The notes under the pieces: model-generated
What the model was told of the DNA's origin: nothing
What the model saw: the letters and a program-made list of their open reading frames with translations, nothing else
Databases searched by the model: none
DNA from: Myxococcota bacterium
GTDB taxonomy: Bacteria; Myxococcota_A; UBA9160; JAFDDA01
DNA length: 64,000 bases
Direction: 5' to 3'
NCBI GenBank assembly: GCA_965228475.1
Contig: OZ245817.1
Coordinates: 640,001 to 704,000 of the forward strand
Part shown: positions 20,685 to 29,799 of the stretch, in pieces
Numbering within the stretch: position 1 is the stretch's first letter
How the letters are laid out: each line of letters starts with the position of its first letter
Program-made: the position numbers and the translations under genes

Positions 20685-21371
20685 ATGAGCGGTAGCGTGG
20701 GGCAGGAAATCGTGGAGCGAGGCCCGGTTCGCCAATCCGGCGTGCGCGGCGTGGACCGAAATGAGGATCCGGACCGCGAGCTGGTCGCTCGCTGGCACGC
20801 GGGCGATCTGAACGCCTTCGAATCCCTGGTGCGGCGCTATCAGGACCGGGTCTACGGCCTGCTCTACCGCATGCTCGGGAGCGCGGCCGACGCCGAAGAC
20901 GCCTCCCAGGAGACCTTCCTGAACCTCCATCGCCACGGGCATCGCTTCCGCGGCGACGCCCGCTTCTCGACCTTCGTCTACCGCGTGGCGGCCAACACCG
21001 CGCTGAACCGCCGCCGCTCCCTCGGCCGCTCGCGCACGCGCGTCGAGCGGCTCGCCGAGCACCAGGCGACGGGGCACGACCTCCCGCAGGCGCCGCCCGC
21101 GCCGGACCAGGCCACCTTCGGCCGCGAGCTCCGCGAACGCGTGCACGCCGCCCTCGGCGAGCTCCCCGAGAAGCTGCGCATGCCCCTCGTCCTGTTCGAC
21201 ATCGAGGGGCTGCCCTACGCCGAAGTTTCCGAGGTGCTCGGCCTGGCCGAAGGCACCGTCAAATCGAGAATCCACCGAGCCAGGCTTGCGCTCCGGGACC
21301 GGCTGGCGCCGGACCTGGAAGCGCTCCGAGGGGAGAGTGCTGAATCGCTCGGTGCGGAGAGAACGCGATGA
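20685..21371 (+). CDS. ECF RNA polymerase sigma factor
   Basis: DAEDASQETF, FRGDARFSTFVYRVAAN (region 2), GTVKSRIHRAR (region 4). Confidence 0.93.
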   Translation: MSGSVGQEIVERGPVRQSGVRGVDRNEDPDRELVARWHAGDLNAFESLVRRYQDRVYGLLYRMLGSAADAEDASQETFLNLHRHGHRFRGDARFSTFVYRVAANTALNRRRSLGRSRTRVERLAEHQATGHDLPQAPPAPDQATFGRELRERVHAALGELPEKLRMPLVLFDIEGLPYAEVSEVLGLAEGTVKSRIHRARLALRDRLAPDLEALRGESAESLGAERTR

Positions 21372-22318
21372 ACCATCAAGAAGTGCGGAAGCGGATGGGC
21401 GAGTACCTGCAAGGGGACTTGACCTTGAGCCAGCGCGCATTGTTCGACGCCCACCTCGACGGCTGCGAAGCCTGTTCCGGCGAGTTACGGGGCCTGCGCG
21501 ACACCGTCGGGCTGTTACGCGAACTGCCCGGCCCGGAAGTGCCGCCGCACCTGGCGAACCGCGTGATCGCGCGGATCCAGGACGGGGAGGGCCGCGAGCG
21601 CTGGTGGGACGGCCTGGCCGCCTTCTGGGACACGATCGACCCGGCCCGCTACCTGCCGCCGCTCGCCGGGGCGGCCCTGACGACCGCCGTGGTGATCGTC
21701 GGCGTGCGCGACCTCGGCTGGGAGATCCCCGGGCTGTCGGCGCCGGAGCCGACGGGGGCGGAGGTGGCCTCGGTGTTACGGGCCGACGAGGCCGCGCGTT
21801 CGGACGCGGGACGTTCCGACGCGGCTGCCGTGCGGCGGTTCGCCCAGGCACCCGCGGCGGCGGCGCCGGCCGAGCGCCGGCTCGCGCCGGACCGCTCGCC
21901 CAACACGGTGGTGAGCCTGCCGAGCGAGTCGGGCCGGGTCCGGGTCGAGCCCAACCGGGTCCGCGTCGAACCGAACCGGGTGCGAGTCGAGTTCGGCGAC
22001 GCCCCGCTGCGCTTGATCCAGCGCCCGCTCGGCGCCTCGGCCGCCGACGGCCCCGGCGTCGCCTCCCTGGCCGAGGCCTTGTCGCCGGACGATCATCTCG
22101 CCCTGGCGCTCGAGGCCCCGGTCGGCTTCCTGGAGCGGTTCCACGCGGTGGCGCCGGACGGCCGGGACGCCTGGCTCCAGGCGGTGGTCGACCGCGCGCG
22201 GGAGCGCGGGCAGGCGGCCGAAGTTGCCGCCGCGCTGCGCGCGACCGGCGGCGACGAGGCCCACGCCGTGGCCATCCACTTCGAGGCGGCGGCCCAGGCG
22301 GCAGCGCGCGAGCGGTAG
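21368..22318 (+). CDS. Zinc-finger (zf-HC2) anti-sigma factor
   Basis: HLDGCEAC (HxxxCxxC), one TM helix, overlaps the sigma gene stop. Confidence 0.85.
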   Translation: MNHQEVRKRMGEYLQGDLTLSQRALFDAHLDGCEACSGELRGLRDTVGLLRELPGPEVPPHLANRVIARIQDGEGRERWWDGLAAFWDTIDPARYLPPLAGAALTTAVVIVGVRDLGWEIPGLSAPEPTGAEVASVLRADEAARSDAGRSDAAAVRRFAQAPAAAAPAERRLAPDRSPNTVVSLPSESGRVRVEPNRVRVEPNRVRVEFGDAPLRLIQRPLGASAADGPGVASLAEALSPDDHLALALEAPVGFLERFHAVAPDGRDAWLQAVVDRARERGQAAEVAAALRATGGDEAHAVAIHFEAAAQAAARER

Positions 22319-22364
22319 CGGATCCGTCCGGGCCCGCAGCCGTCGTGATATCCTGCGCCCGCCC

Positions 22365-23600
22365 ATGAAGCGCCCCACGAATTCCGTTCTCGCGGCTCTC
22401 GGGTTCGCCCTCGCCGCCTGCGTCGTCTCCGCCGCCGCGGGCCTCGCCGGGCGTGCGGCCGCGGGCGGCGAAGTCGTCCACCTGATGCCCGAGGACAAGG
22501 CCTCCTGGAGCCCCGGGCGCATGTTCGCCTTCCTGCGGCCGGGCCATAACTACGGCGAGCGCACCATCCAGATCGAGACGACCCCCTCGGATGCCGTCCT
22601 CGATCTCTACTACGTGCGCGCGGGCTTCCAGAAGCGCTACGAGCAGGCCGAAGCGCCGGCCACCGTGGTGCTTCCTCGCCGGGTCGAGGCCACCGGCCGC
22701 GACACCGTGACGATTCGCGCCTCGGCCGAGGGCTACAAGGCACGCGAGGTCACCCTGCGCGTGCGGGGGTCCGAGGACGAACTCCTGCTCGAGCTCGATC
22801 CGCTCGCGAACGTCCTGTACTCCGTCGAGCACAGCTACTTCGGCGGGCGCGGCTCGCTCTCGTTCCTGACGAAGGAAGCGCCCCAGGTCCGCATGCAGAA
22901 GGGCAAGCGCTCCTTCCAGGTCGCCCTCCACGAGACCGCGCGCGGCGAGACCCTCGAACGGGACTTCGGCCAGGTGAAGAGCCCGCTCGTCGGCGCCATG
23001 GCGAGCCAGCAGGCGGGCGACGACCTGATGGTGCGCGTCGCCTTCGCGAAGGAGAGCGACCCGAGCGCCTACGAGCTGCGCTCCCGGCAGAGCCACGACC
23101 CGATCTCCGACCAGTACCGCTACACGGTCGACTTCGTGCCCGCCGACGGCGGCGCCGAGGCGATCGAGCGGGCCAAGGGCGCCCTCGACCGCATCTCGCG
23201 CAAGGACGTCGGCGCGTGTGCCCTGGTGTTCGACGAGACCCTGCGCGGCGCGCTCGAGCCCGCGTCCCTCGCCCGCGCGCTCACGCCGCGCGGTGCCTTC
23301 ACGGACCGCTTCCTGCGCGCCGCCATGAAGCGGCTCGGCCAGCTCGACGACGCCGGGCGCGTCCGTATGATCGACGGCTCGGAGTACGCGACGCACAACC
23401 CGCTCGAGCTCTCGGCGGCGATGAGCCAGGCGTCCCAGGCCCGCGGCTTCCTCGCGGTGCTGCGCGCCTTCGTGGCTGGCCTCGAGCCCGAGGGGCAGCG
23501 CGCGACGTCCCTGCGCAGCCTCGTGGCCCCGGACCTCGGCGCGGCGGAGTTCGCTGCGCTCGTCGAGGCCGCGGAAGCGAAGGAAGCCGCCTGCCGCTAG
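22365..23600 (+). CDS. Hypothetical secreted protein (PEGA-like N-terminal region)
   Basis: Signal peptide; IETTPSDAVL...IRASAEGY resembles PEGA; host-like codon usage. Confidence 0.65.
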   Translation: MKRPTNSVLAALGFALAACVVSAAAGLAGRAAAGGEVVHLMPEDKASWSPGRMFAFLRPGHNYGERTIQIETTPSDAVLDLYYVRAGFQKRYEQAEAPATVVLPRRVEATGRDTVTIRASAEGYKAREVTLRVRGSEDELLLELDPLANVLYSVEHSYFGGRGSLSFLTKEAPQVRMQKGKRSFQVALHETARGETLERDFGQVKSPLVGAMASQQAGDDLMVRVAFAKESDPSAYELRSRQSHDPISDQYRYTVDFVPADGGAEAIERAKGALDRISRKDVGACALVFDETLRGALEPASLARALTPRGAFTDRFLRAAMKRLGQLDDAGRVRMIDGSEYATHNPLELSAAMSQASQARGFLAVLRAFVAGLEPEGQRATSLRSLVAPDLGAAEFAALVEAAEAKEAACR

Positions 23601-23751
23601 CGCGCCGCAGCGACGGGCTAGGGCGCCGTGGCAACGGGCCCTCGAAGCGAACGCCGCGTCACGCTCGCGACCGAAAGGTGCGAACCCGCGCGTCGCGCCG
23701 AAGCCCACGGCGCTAGACTCCCCGGACCCTGCCGGTCCCGGCGGAGTCTCC

Positions 23752-24459
23752 ATGGAAAAGCCCGCCCTCGACGGCCCTCGCGAACGGCTGCAACGCGTCG
23801 GCGTCGAGGCCCTCTCGGACGCCGAGCTCGTCGCGCTGCTCCTGCGCACGGGCGCCGGGGGCACCGGAGCGCTCGCCGCCGCCGGCACGCTGCTCGCCGC
23901 CCGCGGAGGCCTGCGAGGGCTCCTCGCCCGCAATCTGCGCGAGCTGCAGAGCCAGCCGGGTCTCGGGCCCGCCAAGGCCGCGAGCATCGTCGCCGCCCTC
24001 GAGATCGGCCGCCGCGTGGCGACGCGGCGCCTCGAGCCCGGCACGAGCATCACCGGTCCGGCCGACGTCTTCCGCCACTTCCATCCGCGCCTGCGCGACG
24101 CCTCGCGCGAGCGCTTCCTCACGCTCCACCTCGACGGGCGGCACCGCGTGCTCGGGGAGGCAGAGGTCTCGCGCGGAACCCTGACGGCGAGCCTCGTCCA
24201 CCCGCGCGAGGTCTTCCGCCCGGCCCTGCGCGCGGGAGCCGCGGCCCTGATCGTCGTCCACAACCATCCGAGCGGGGACCCGACGCCGAGCCTCGAGGAC
24301 CACCGCGTCACCCAGCGCCTGTGCGAGGCCGGCGAGCTGCTCGGCATCCCGCTCCTCGACCACGTGGTCGTGGCCGAACGGGGCTACCGCAGCCTGAAGG
24401 ACGCGGCTGGCCAGAGCGAGTCAGGCCGGCCGGAGGTGCGAGCTAGGGAGAACCCCTGA
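23752..24459 (+). CDS. radC: RadC/JAB-domain protein
   Basis: PRERL, LSDAELVALLLRTG, VHPREVF, HNHPSGDPTPS.ED, LLDHVVV. Confidence 0.95.
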   Translation: MEKPALDGPRERLQRVGVEALSDAELVALLLRTGAGGTGALAAAGTLLAARGGLRGLLARNLRELQSQPGLGPAKAASIVAALEIGRRVATRRLEPGTSITGPADVFRHFHPRLRDASRERFLTLHLDGRHRVLGEAEVSRGTLTASLVHPREVFRPALRAGAAALIVVHNHPSGDPTPSLEDHRVTQRLCEAGELLGIPLLDHVVVAERGYRSLKDAAGQSESGRPEVRARENP

Positions 24460-24507
24460 GGTGGCGAGAAACTAAGGAGCACCCCGGGTCCGGTCGATCA
24501 GGACGTC

Positions 24508-24864
24508 ATGGACGACGGAGTCACGAGCCAGGGGGCCGAACGCCGCAAGGCACCGCGGACGGCCGCGGTGATCCCGGTGGACTACTCCACCGTGGACGAG
24601 TTCTTCTCCGAGTTCACGACGAACATCAACGAAGGCGGAATGTTCGTCGGCACCGAGAACCCGCACGAGATCGATACGGTCGTCACCCTGCGCTTCCAGC
24701 TGCCGGGCGCCGCCGAGCCGTGCGAGGTGCAGGGCCGCGTGGTCTGGATCCGCGAGCAGGCGGACGAAGAGGGCCCGCGCGGCATGGGCATCGAGTTCGA
24801 GCAGCTCGACGCCACGGCGAACTCGCGCATCAACGAGCTCGTCCGGTCTCTCCGAACGATCTGA
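24508..24864 (+). CDS. PilZ-like protein, myxobacterial TIGR02266 type
   Basis: ERRKAPR, FTTNINEGGMFV, GRVVW, PRGMGIEF. Confidence 0.85.
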   Translation: MDDGVTSQGAERRKAPRTAAVIPVDYSTVDEFFSEFTTNINEGGMFVGTENPHEIDTVVTLRFQLPGAAEPCEVQGRVVWIREQADEEGPRGMGIEFEQLDATANSRINELVRSLRTI

Positions 24865-24883
24865 TCCCGAGGGCGGGATTTCC

Positions 24884-25297
<414 letters not shown>

Positions 25298-25596
25298 GGG
25301 GAGTCTCCATCCATTCGTTGGGGTCGAACGATGATCCCGCCGGCCCGGTGTGAAGTCAATGCGCCCACCGGCCTGGGGACCAACGAATAACTTCGTTTCG
25401 GGAACGCGAGCGCACGCATCCGACCGTCGGGAGAAACGACGTTCTCCGTCGCTGGCGCTCCCCGTCCGGCGCGCCGCGGGTGGTTGCGTTCAAACGGCGG
25501 ATCACTACTCTCAAGGCTTGGACGTATTGCGTCCCCATGGGGGGTGGGACGTGACTCCGATGCAGATCTACACGAACGCGTTGCCGGGCCTTCGCC

Positions 25597-28080
25597 GTGG
25601 CTAAGGCCGCCGCCGCGCGTCGACGTCGAAGCGCAGCGTCCGCCGAGAGCGACGGGCCGTCGCTCGGGGTGTGGGCGGAGGTCAGTGGCGTCGGCCTGAT
25701 CCTGCTCGCCATGCTGGCGGCGCTCGCCCTCTCGACCTACCAGCCGAACGACCCGCTCTTCATGCTCGGCGAGGTCGAGAACCGCGCGGGCGTGGTCGGC
25801 GCCCACATCGCGGCGCTCCTGCAGCGTGGCTTCGGCTGGGGCTCGCTCGTCCTCGTGGCGGGGGTCGGCGTGGTCGGCGTCCGGCTGCTGCTCGGGCGCG
25901 GCGTGGCCGGCGTCGCGAGCCGGACCTGGGTGGGGACGGCGCTCGCGGTCGTGGCCCTGGCGGCCCTGCCGCCGCTGGTCGAGGTCGTGCGCCCTGGGCT
26001 CGTGCCCCACGCCGACGGCGGAAGCGTCGGCACCTGGCTCGCCGCCGGCGAGCGGACTCTCTTCAGCGTCTGGGGTGCGCTCCTCCTGAACGGCGTGCTG
26101 CTGTTCGTCGGCCTGCTCTGCCTGCTCGGCATCGCGACCGGCTCGGCCGTCGAGGTCGTGGCGAAGGGGGTGGGCTGGCTCGGGGCCGGGCTCGGCATGC
26201 TGGCCGCGAGCCTGTGGGCCGGCGTCCTGGCCACGGGCGGCGTGCTCGCCGAGGGCTGGCGCGGGTTCCGGGCAGGCGTTCAGGAGCTTGCGGCGGCCCT
26301 TCGCCGTGGCGTCCAGGCCGGGGTGGTCTGGCGGGCGCGCCGGGCCCGCAAGGCCGAGCTCGCTCCGGCCGCCGGGCCGGCGCTCGAGGACGCCGAGTTC
26401 GAGGCGGGCGCCATCGACGTCGGCGCGGACCCGGCCAAGCTCGCGGTGCCGAAGGCCAAGCCGGCGCCGGTCGGCCGCCCGAAGGCCCCCGGCGAGCTCG
26501 AGATCGTCGACCACGACGCCGAGCGCGAATCGAAGAAGAAGCCCGAGCAGGAAGCCTTCACCTTCGCCGACCGCCCGACCAACCGGCCGTGGGTGGCGCC
26601 CGAGATCGACCTCTTCCACCCGCCGCCGTCCTCGCGGCGCAAGATCGATCCCGAGAGCCTGACGATGAACGCCAGGATCCTCGAGAAGAAGCTCTCGGAC
26701 TTCGGCGTCTCCGGCAGCGTGCTCAAGGTGCACCCGGGCCCGGTCATCACGATGTACGAGTTCGAGCCGGCGTCCGGCGTGAAGGTCGGCAAGATCGTCG
26801 GGCTCTCGGACGATCTCGCCCTGGCGCTGCGCGCGCTCTCGGTGCGGATCATCGCGCCGCTGCCCGGCAAGAGCGTGGTCGGCATCGAGGTCTCGAACGC
26901 CGAGCGCGAGACCGTCTACCTGCGGGAGCTGCTCGAGAGCGAAGGCTTCCGCAACGCGGCCGGCCGGCTCACCCTGGCCCTCGGCAAGGACATCTTTGGC
27001 AACCCCGTCGAGGCGAACCTCGCCCGGATGCCGCACCTGCTCGTCGCGGGCGCCACGGGCACGGGCAAGAGCGTCTTCCTGAACTCGCTGCTCTGCTCGC
27101 TCCTCTTCCGCACTTCGCCGGACGACCTGAAGCTCCTCTTGATCGACCCGAAGCTCCTCGAACTCTCGATCTACGAAGGCATCCCCCACCTGATCGCCGA
27201 CGTGGTGACGAACCCGAAGCGGGCGGCGGGCGCGCTCGCGGGCATCGTCCAGAAGATGATCGAGCGCTACGAGATGATGGCCGCGATCGGCGTGCGCAGC
27301 ATCGACCAGTTCAACGAGCGCTCGGCCGAGGCGATCGCCGCCGGCGAGACCCACTTCAAGCTGAAGAAGAAGCCCGGCGAGGAAGAGCCGCGCGAAGCGG
27401 AGTGGACGCACCTGCCGTACATCGTGGTCGTCGTCGACGAGCTCGCGGACCTCATGGTCGTGTGCGCGCGCGACGTCGAGGAGGCGCTGCAGCGGCTCGC
27501 GCAGATGGCGCGTGCGGCCGGCATCCACCTCGTGCTCGCCACCCAGCGCCCGAGCGTCGACGTCCTCACCGGCGTGATCAAGGCGAACTTCCCGGCACGC
27601 ATCAGCTTCCAGGTCTCCTCGCGGACGGACTCGCGCACCATCCTCGACCAGAACGGCGCGGACAACCTGCTCGGCAACGGTGACATGCTGTTCCTGCCGC
27701 CGGGGACGTCGAAGCTCCAGCGCGTGCACGGCGCCTTCGTCACCGAGAAGGAGGTGACGGCGCTCGTCGAGTCCCTGCGCGAACAGGGCGCGCCCGAGTT
27801 CGACGAGACGATCATCCGCATGAAGGAAGAGAGCGAGGCCGGCACGCTCGGCGGCGGCGGCGAGGAGGGCGCGAGCGACGGCGACGAGCTCTACGACCGC
27901 GGCGTTGCCATCGTCACCGAGACGCGCAACGCCTCGATCTCGTATCTCCAGCGCCGGCTCAAGATCGGTTACAACCGCGCGGCGCGGATGATCGAGGAGA
28001 TGGAGGAGCAGGGCGTCGTCGGGCCGAACGAGGGCACGAAGGGCCGCCAGGTGCTCGTCCAGGGGATCCCGGCGGAGTGA
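25597..28080 (+). CDS. ftsK: DNA translocase FtsK
   Basis: N-terminal TM region, PHLLVAGATGTGKS, DELADLM, LATQRPSVDV, gamma domain LQRRLKIGYNRAAR. Confidence 0.96.
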   Translation: MAKAAAARRRRSAASAESDGPSLGVWAEVSGVGLILLAMLAALALSTYQPNDPLFMLGEVENRAGVVGAHIAALLQRGFGWGSLVLVAGVGVVGVRLLLGRGVAGVASRTWVGTALAVVALAALPPLVEVVRPGLVPHADGGSVGTWLAAGERTLFSVWGALLLNGVLLFVGLLCLLGIATGSAVEVVAKGVGWLGAGLGMLAASLWAGVLATGGVLAEGWRGFRAGVQELAAALRRGVQAGVVWRARRARKAELAPAAGPALEDAEFEAGAIDVGADPAKLAVPKAKPAPVGRPKAPGELEIVDHDAERESKKKPEQEAFTFADRPTNRPWVAPEIDLFHPPPSSRRKIDPESLTMNARILEKKLSDFGVSGSVLKVHPGPVITMYEFEPASGVKVGKIVGLSDDLALALRALSVRIIAPLPGKSVVGIEVSNAERETVYLRELLESEGFRNAAGRLTLALGKDIFGNPVEANLARMPHLLVAGATGTGKSVFLNSLLCSLLFRTSPDDLKLLLIDPKLLELSIYEGIPHLIADVVTNPKRAAGALAGIVQKMIERYEMMAAIGVRSIDQFNERSAEAIAAGETHFKLKKKPGEEEPREAEWTHLPYIVVVVDELADLMVVCARDVEEALQRLAQMARAAGIHLVLATQRPSVDVLTGVIKANFPARISFQVSSRTDSRTILDQNGADNLLGNGDMLFLPPGTSKLQRVHGAFVTEKEVTALVESLREQGAPEFDETIIRMKEESEAGTLGGGGEEGASDGDELYDRGVAIVTETRNASISYLQRRLKIGYNRAARMIEEMEEQGVVGPNEGTKGRQVLVQGIPAE

Positions 28081-28178
28081 ACACCGCGCGAAGGCCGAGT
28101 GAAACGCGCGAATCCCCGGCCGAAGCCGGCGGATCCCCGGGGTCGAATCCTTTCCCGGGCCCGGGCGTCCAACAGTTG

Positions 28179-29003
28179 ATGCGCAATTTCAAGACGACTC
28201 TCCTGCTGGCCGTCTTCGCCCTGGCGGTGCCGACCGTCGTGGCGGACGGCGTCGACGACGCCGGAGCCTTCGAGGTGCCGGCCGAGGCGCCCGCCGCCGA
28301 TCCGATCGTCGAAGCTCCCGCGGCCGACCTGCCGGTGGCGGAGGAACCCGAGGCGGACGCTCCCCTCGAGACGGCTGCGGCGCAGCCGCCCGCCGAGACC
28401 GACTGCGCCGCGGACACGGCCCGGCAGGTCCAGGCCTACTACGAGTCCGTGAAGGATCTGCGTGCGGCCTTCCGCCAGACGCGTCAGAGCGCCGGCGGTG
28501 CCGAGCCCGCGCGCGAAGGCACCGTGGTGCTCGCGAAGCCCGGGCGCATGCGCTGGGCCTACGAGAAGCCCGAACCGAGCCTGCTCGTGACCGACGGCCG
28601 GGTGCTCTGGATGTACGACCCGCTGCTCGAGGAGGCCCAGCGCCTGCCCGACGCCGGCGGCGTCATGTCGGGCGCCGCGGTGGAGTTCCTGATGGGGCAG
28701 GGCGACCTGCTGGCGAGCTTCGAGGTCTCCGTCGACGATTGCGGGGCGAAGCCGCGGGTCCTGCGCATGCTGCCCCGCAAGGACGCGGGCTACGAGCGGC
28801 TCGCCCTCGAGGTCGACCCGGCCGACGGCCGCGTCGAGTCGAGCACCGTGACCGATCTCTTCGGCAACCGGACGCGCGTGGTCTTCGAAGGCGTCCGGAC
28901 GAACACCGGGCCCGAGGCCGCGCTCTTCCGGTTCTCGCCTCCGGAGGGCGTCGAGGTCTTCGATCTGACGGTGCCCTCGGGCGCCCAGGGGACGGCTCCG
29001 TGA
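28179..29003 (+). CDS. lolA: Outer-membrane lipoprotein carrier LolA
   Basis: KPGRMRWAY, LLVTDGRVLWMYDP, FRFSPPEGVEV; follows ftsK; acidic N-terminal linker. Confidence 0.88.
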   Translation: MRNFKTTLLLAVFALAVPTVVADGVDDAGAFEVPAEAPAADPIVEAPAADLPVAEEPEADAPLETAAAQPPAETDCAADTARQVQAYYESVKDLRAAFRQTRQSAGGAEPAREGTVVLAKPGRMRWAYEKPEPSLLVTDGRVLWMYDPLLEEAQRLPDAGGVMSGAAVEFLMGQGDLLASFEVSVDDCGAKPRVLRMLPRKDAGYERLALEVDPADGRVESSTVTDLFGNRTRVVFEGVRTNTGPEAALFRFSPPEGVEVFDLTVPSGAQGTAP

Positions 29004-29414
29004 GCACCGGGCAGGCGATCCTGGCGGCGTGGGCCCGGCCGGGCTCCGGCTTCGCGAGGACCTCTCTCCTACGCAGAATGCCGCGTACCGGCTCCGCAAA
29101 AGCCGGGAATCTTCCCATTGAAGGCAAGCGGCTACCGAAGCTTCCCACGCCCCCGCGAATGCTGCTCCGGGCTGCCGCCCAGGGCGGCATCTCGCGCTCC
29201 GGCCACCCGTTTTCCGACGCGCCCGTCAGGCCTCCAGCGCCCTGCTGCACCCACGCCTCACGAGGCGGCACCCGGCCGGCAAGCTTCACGCAATGGCCAC
29301 GCGACCTCGCCCCGCCTCGCGGACACAACCCCAAGCGGAGTGGCGCACGGGGCCGTCACGAAGGAAGTCGAGGCCGGCCGCCCGCTTCGGCCTCGAGCTG
29401 CCTGGCCGTGATGG

Positions 29415-29449
29415 TTGACACCGTTGCGTGCTGGGGTAGCTTGCCCCAG
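29415..29449 (+). promoter_or_regulatory. Putative sigma70 promoter of the proteasome locus with overlapping inverted repeat
   Basis: Perfect TTGACA (29415-29420), 16 nt, TAGCTT (29437-29442); CTGGGG...CCCCAG (29431-29449) brackets the -10. Confidence 0.6.
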
Positions 29450-29799
29450 AGTTCCAAAACGGCCATGAATTCCGCTACTTGTGAGGGCATGACGCACGTG
29501 GAGGTGCCCCGGGGAAACGCTTCGGCGAGGACCCCCGGCGGCGGACGGCCCTCCCCGGGCAGCCCTGCGGACGCTCGGAGCTCCTTTCCCTCCCCTGGCC
29601 CCCGCGGCGCGCGCCTCGGCCGGAACGGCGACCGCTTCGTTGGTGTCATCCCAGAGGCAGAAGCCCCGCACTTGCGGGTCGTTGCCTCCGGGACGGTGCT
29701 GGCTGGCGCGAGTTCGTTGCGCGGCACGCGCTTTGCACTGTGTCCGGTGAAGAAGGTCCCCCGCAACGGCCAGCGAACTGCGAGTGAGGAGAGGGCGAC

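Noticed and set aside
20064..24347. 1427-aa minus-strand ORF and similar long Arg/Pro-rich ORFs (e.g. 2460-4919, 25273-27729, 29356-31722, 53321-56200)
   Set aside because: Stop-poor alternative frames overlapping well-supported genes, as expected at high GC; no recognisable motifs.
23752..24459. radC as a marker of a mobile or defence island
   Set aside because: Full-length chromosomal-type RadC among housekeeping genes.
29004..29799. RNase P, tmRNA, SRP or 6S RNA in the large gap before arc
   Set aside because: Signature sequences not found; GAAGGAAG near 29360 lacks the SRP context. 6S RNA cannot be excluded without a covariance search.
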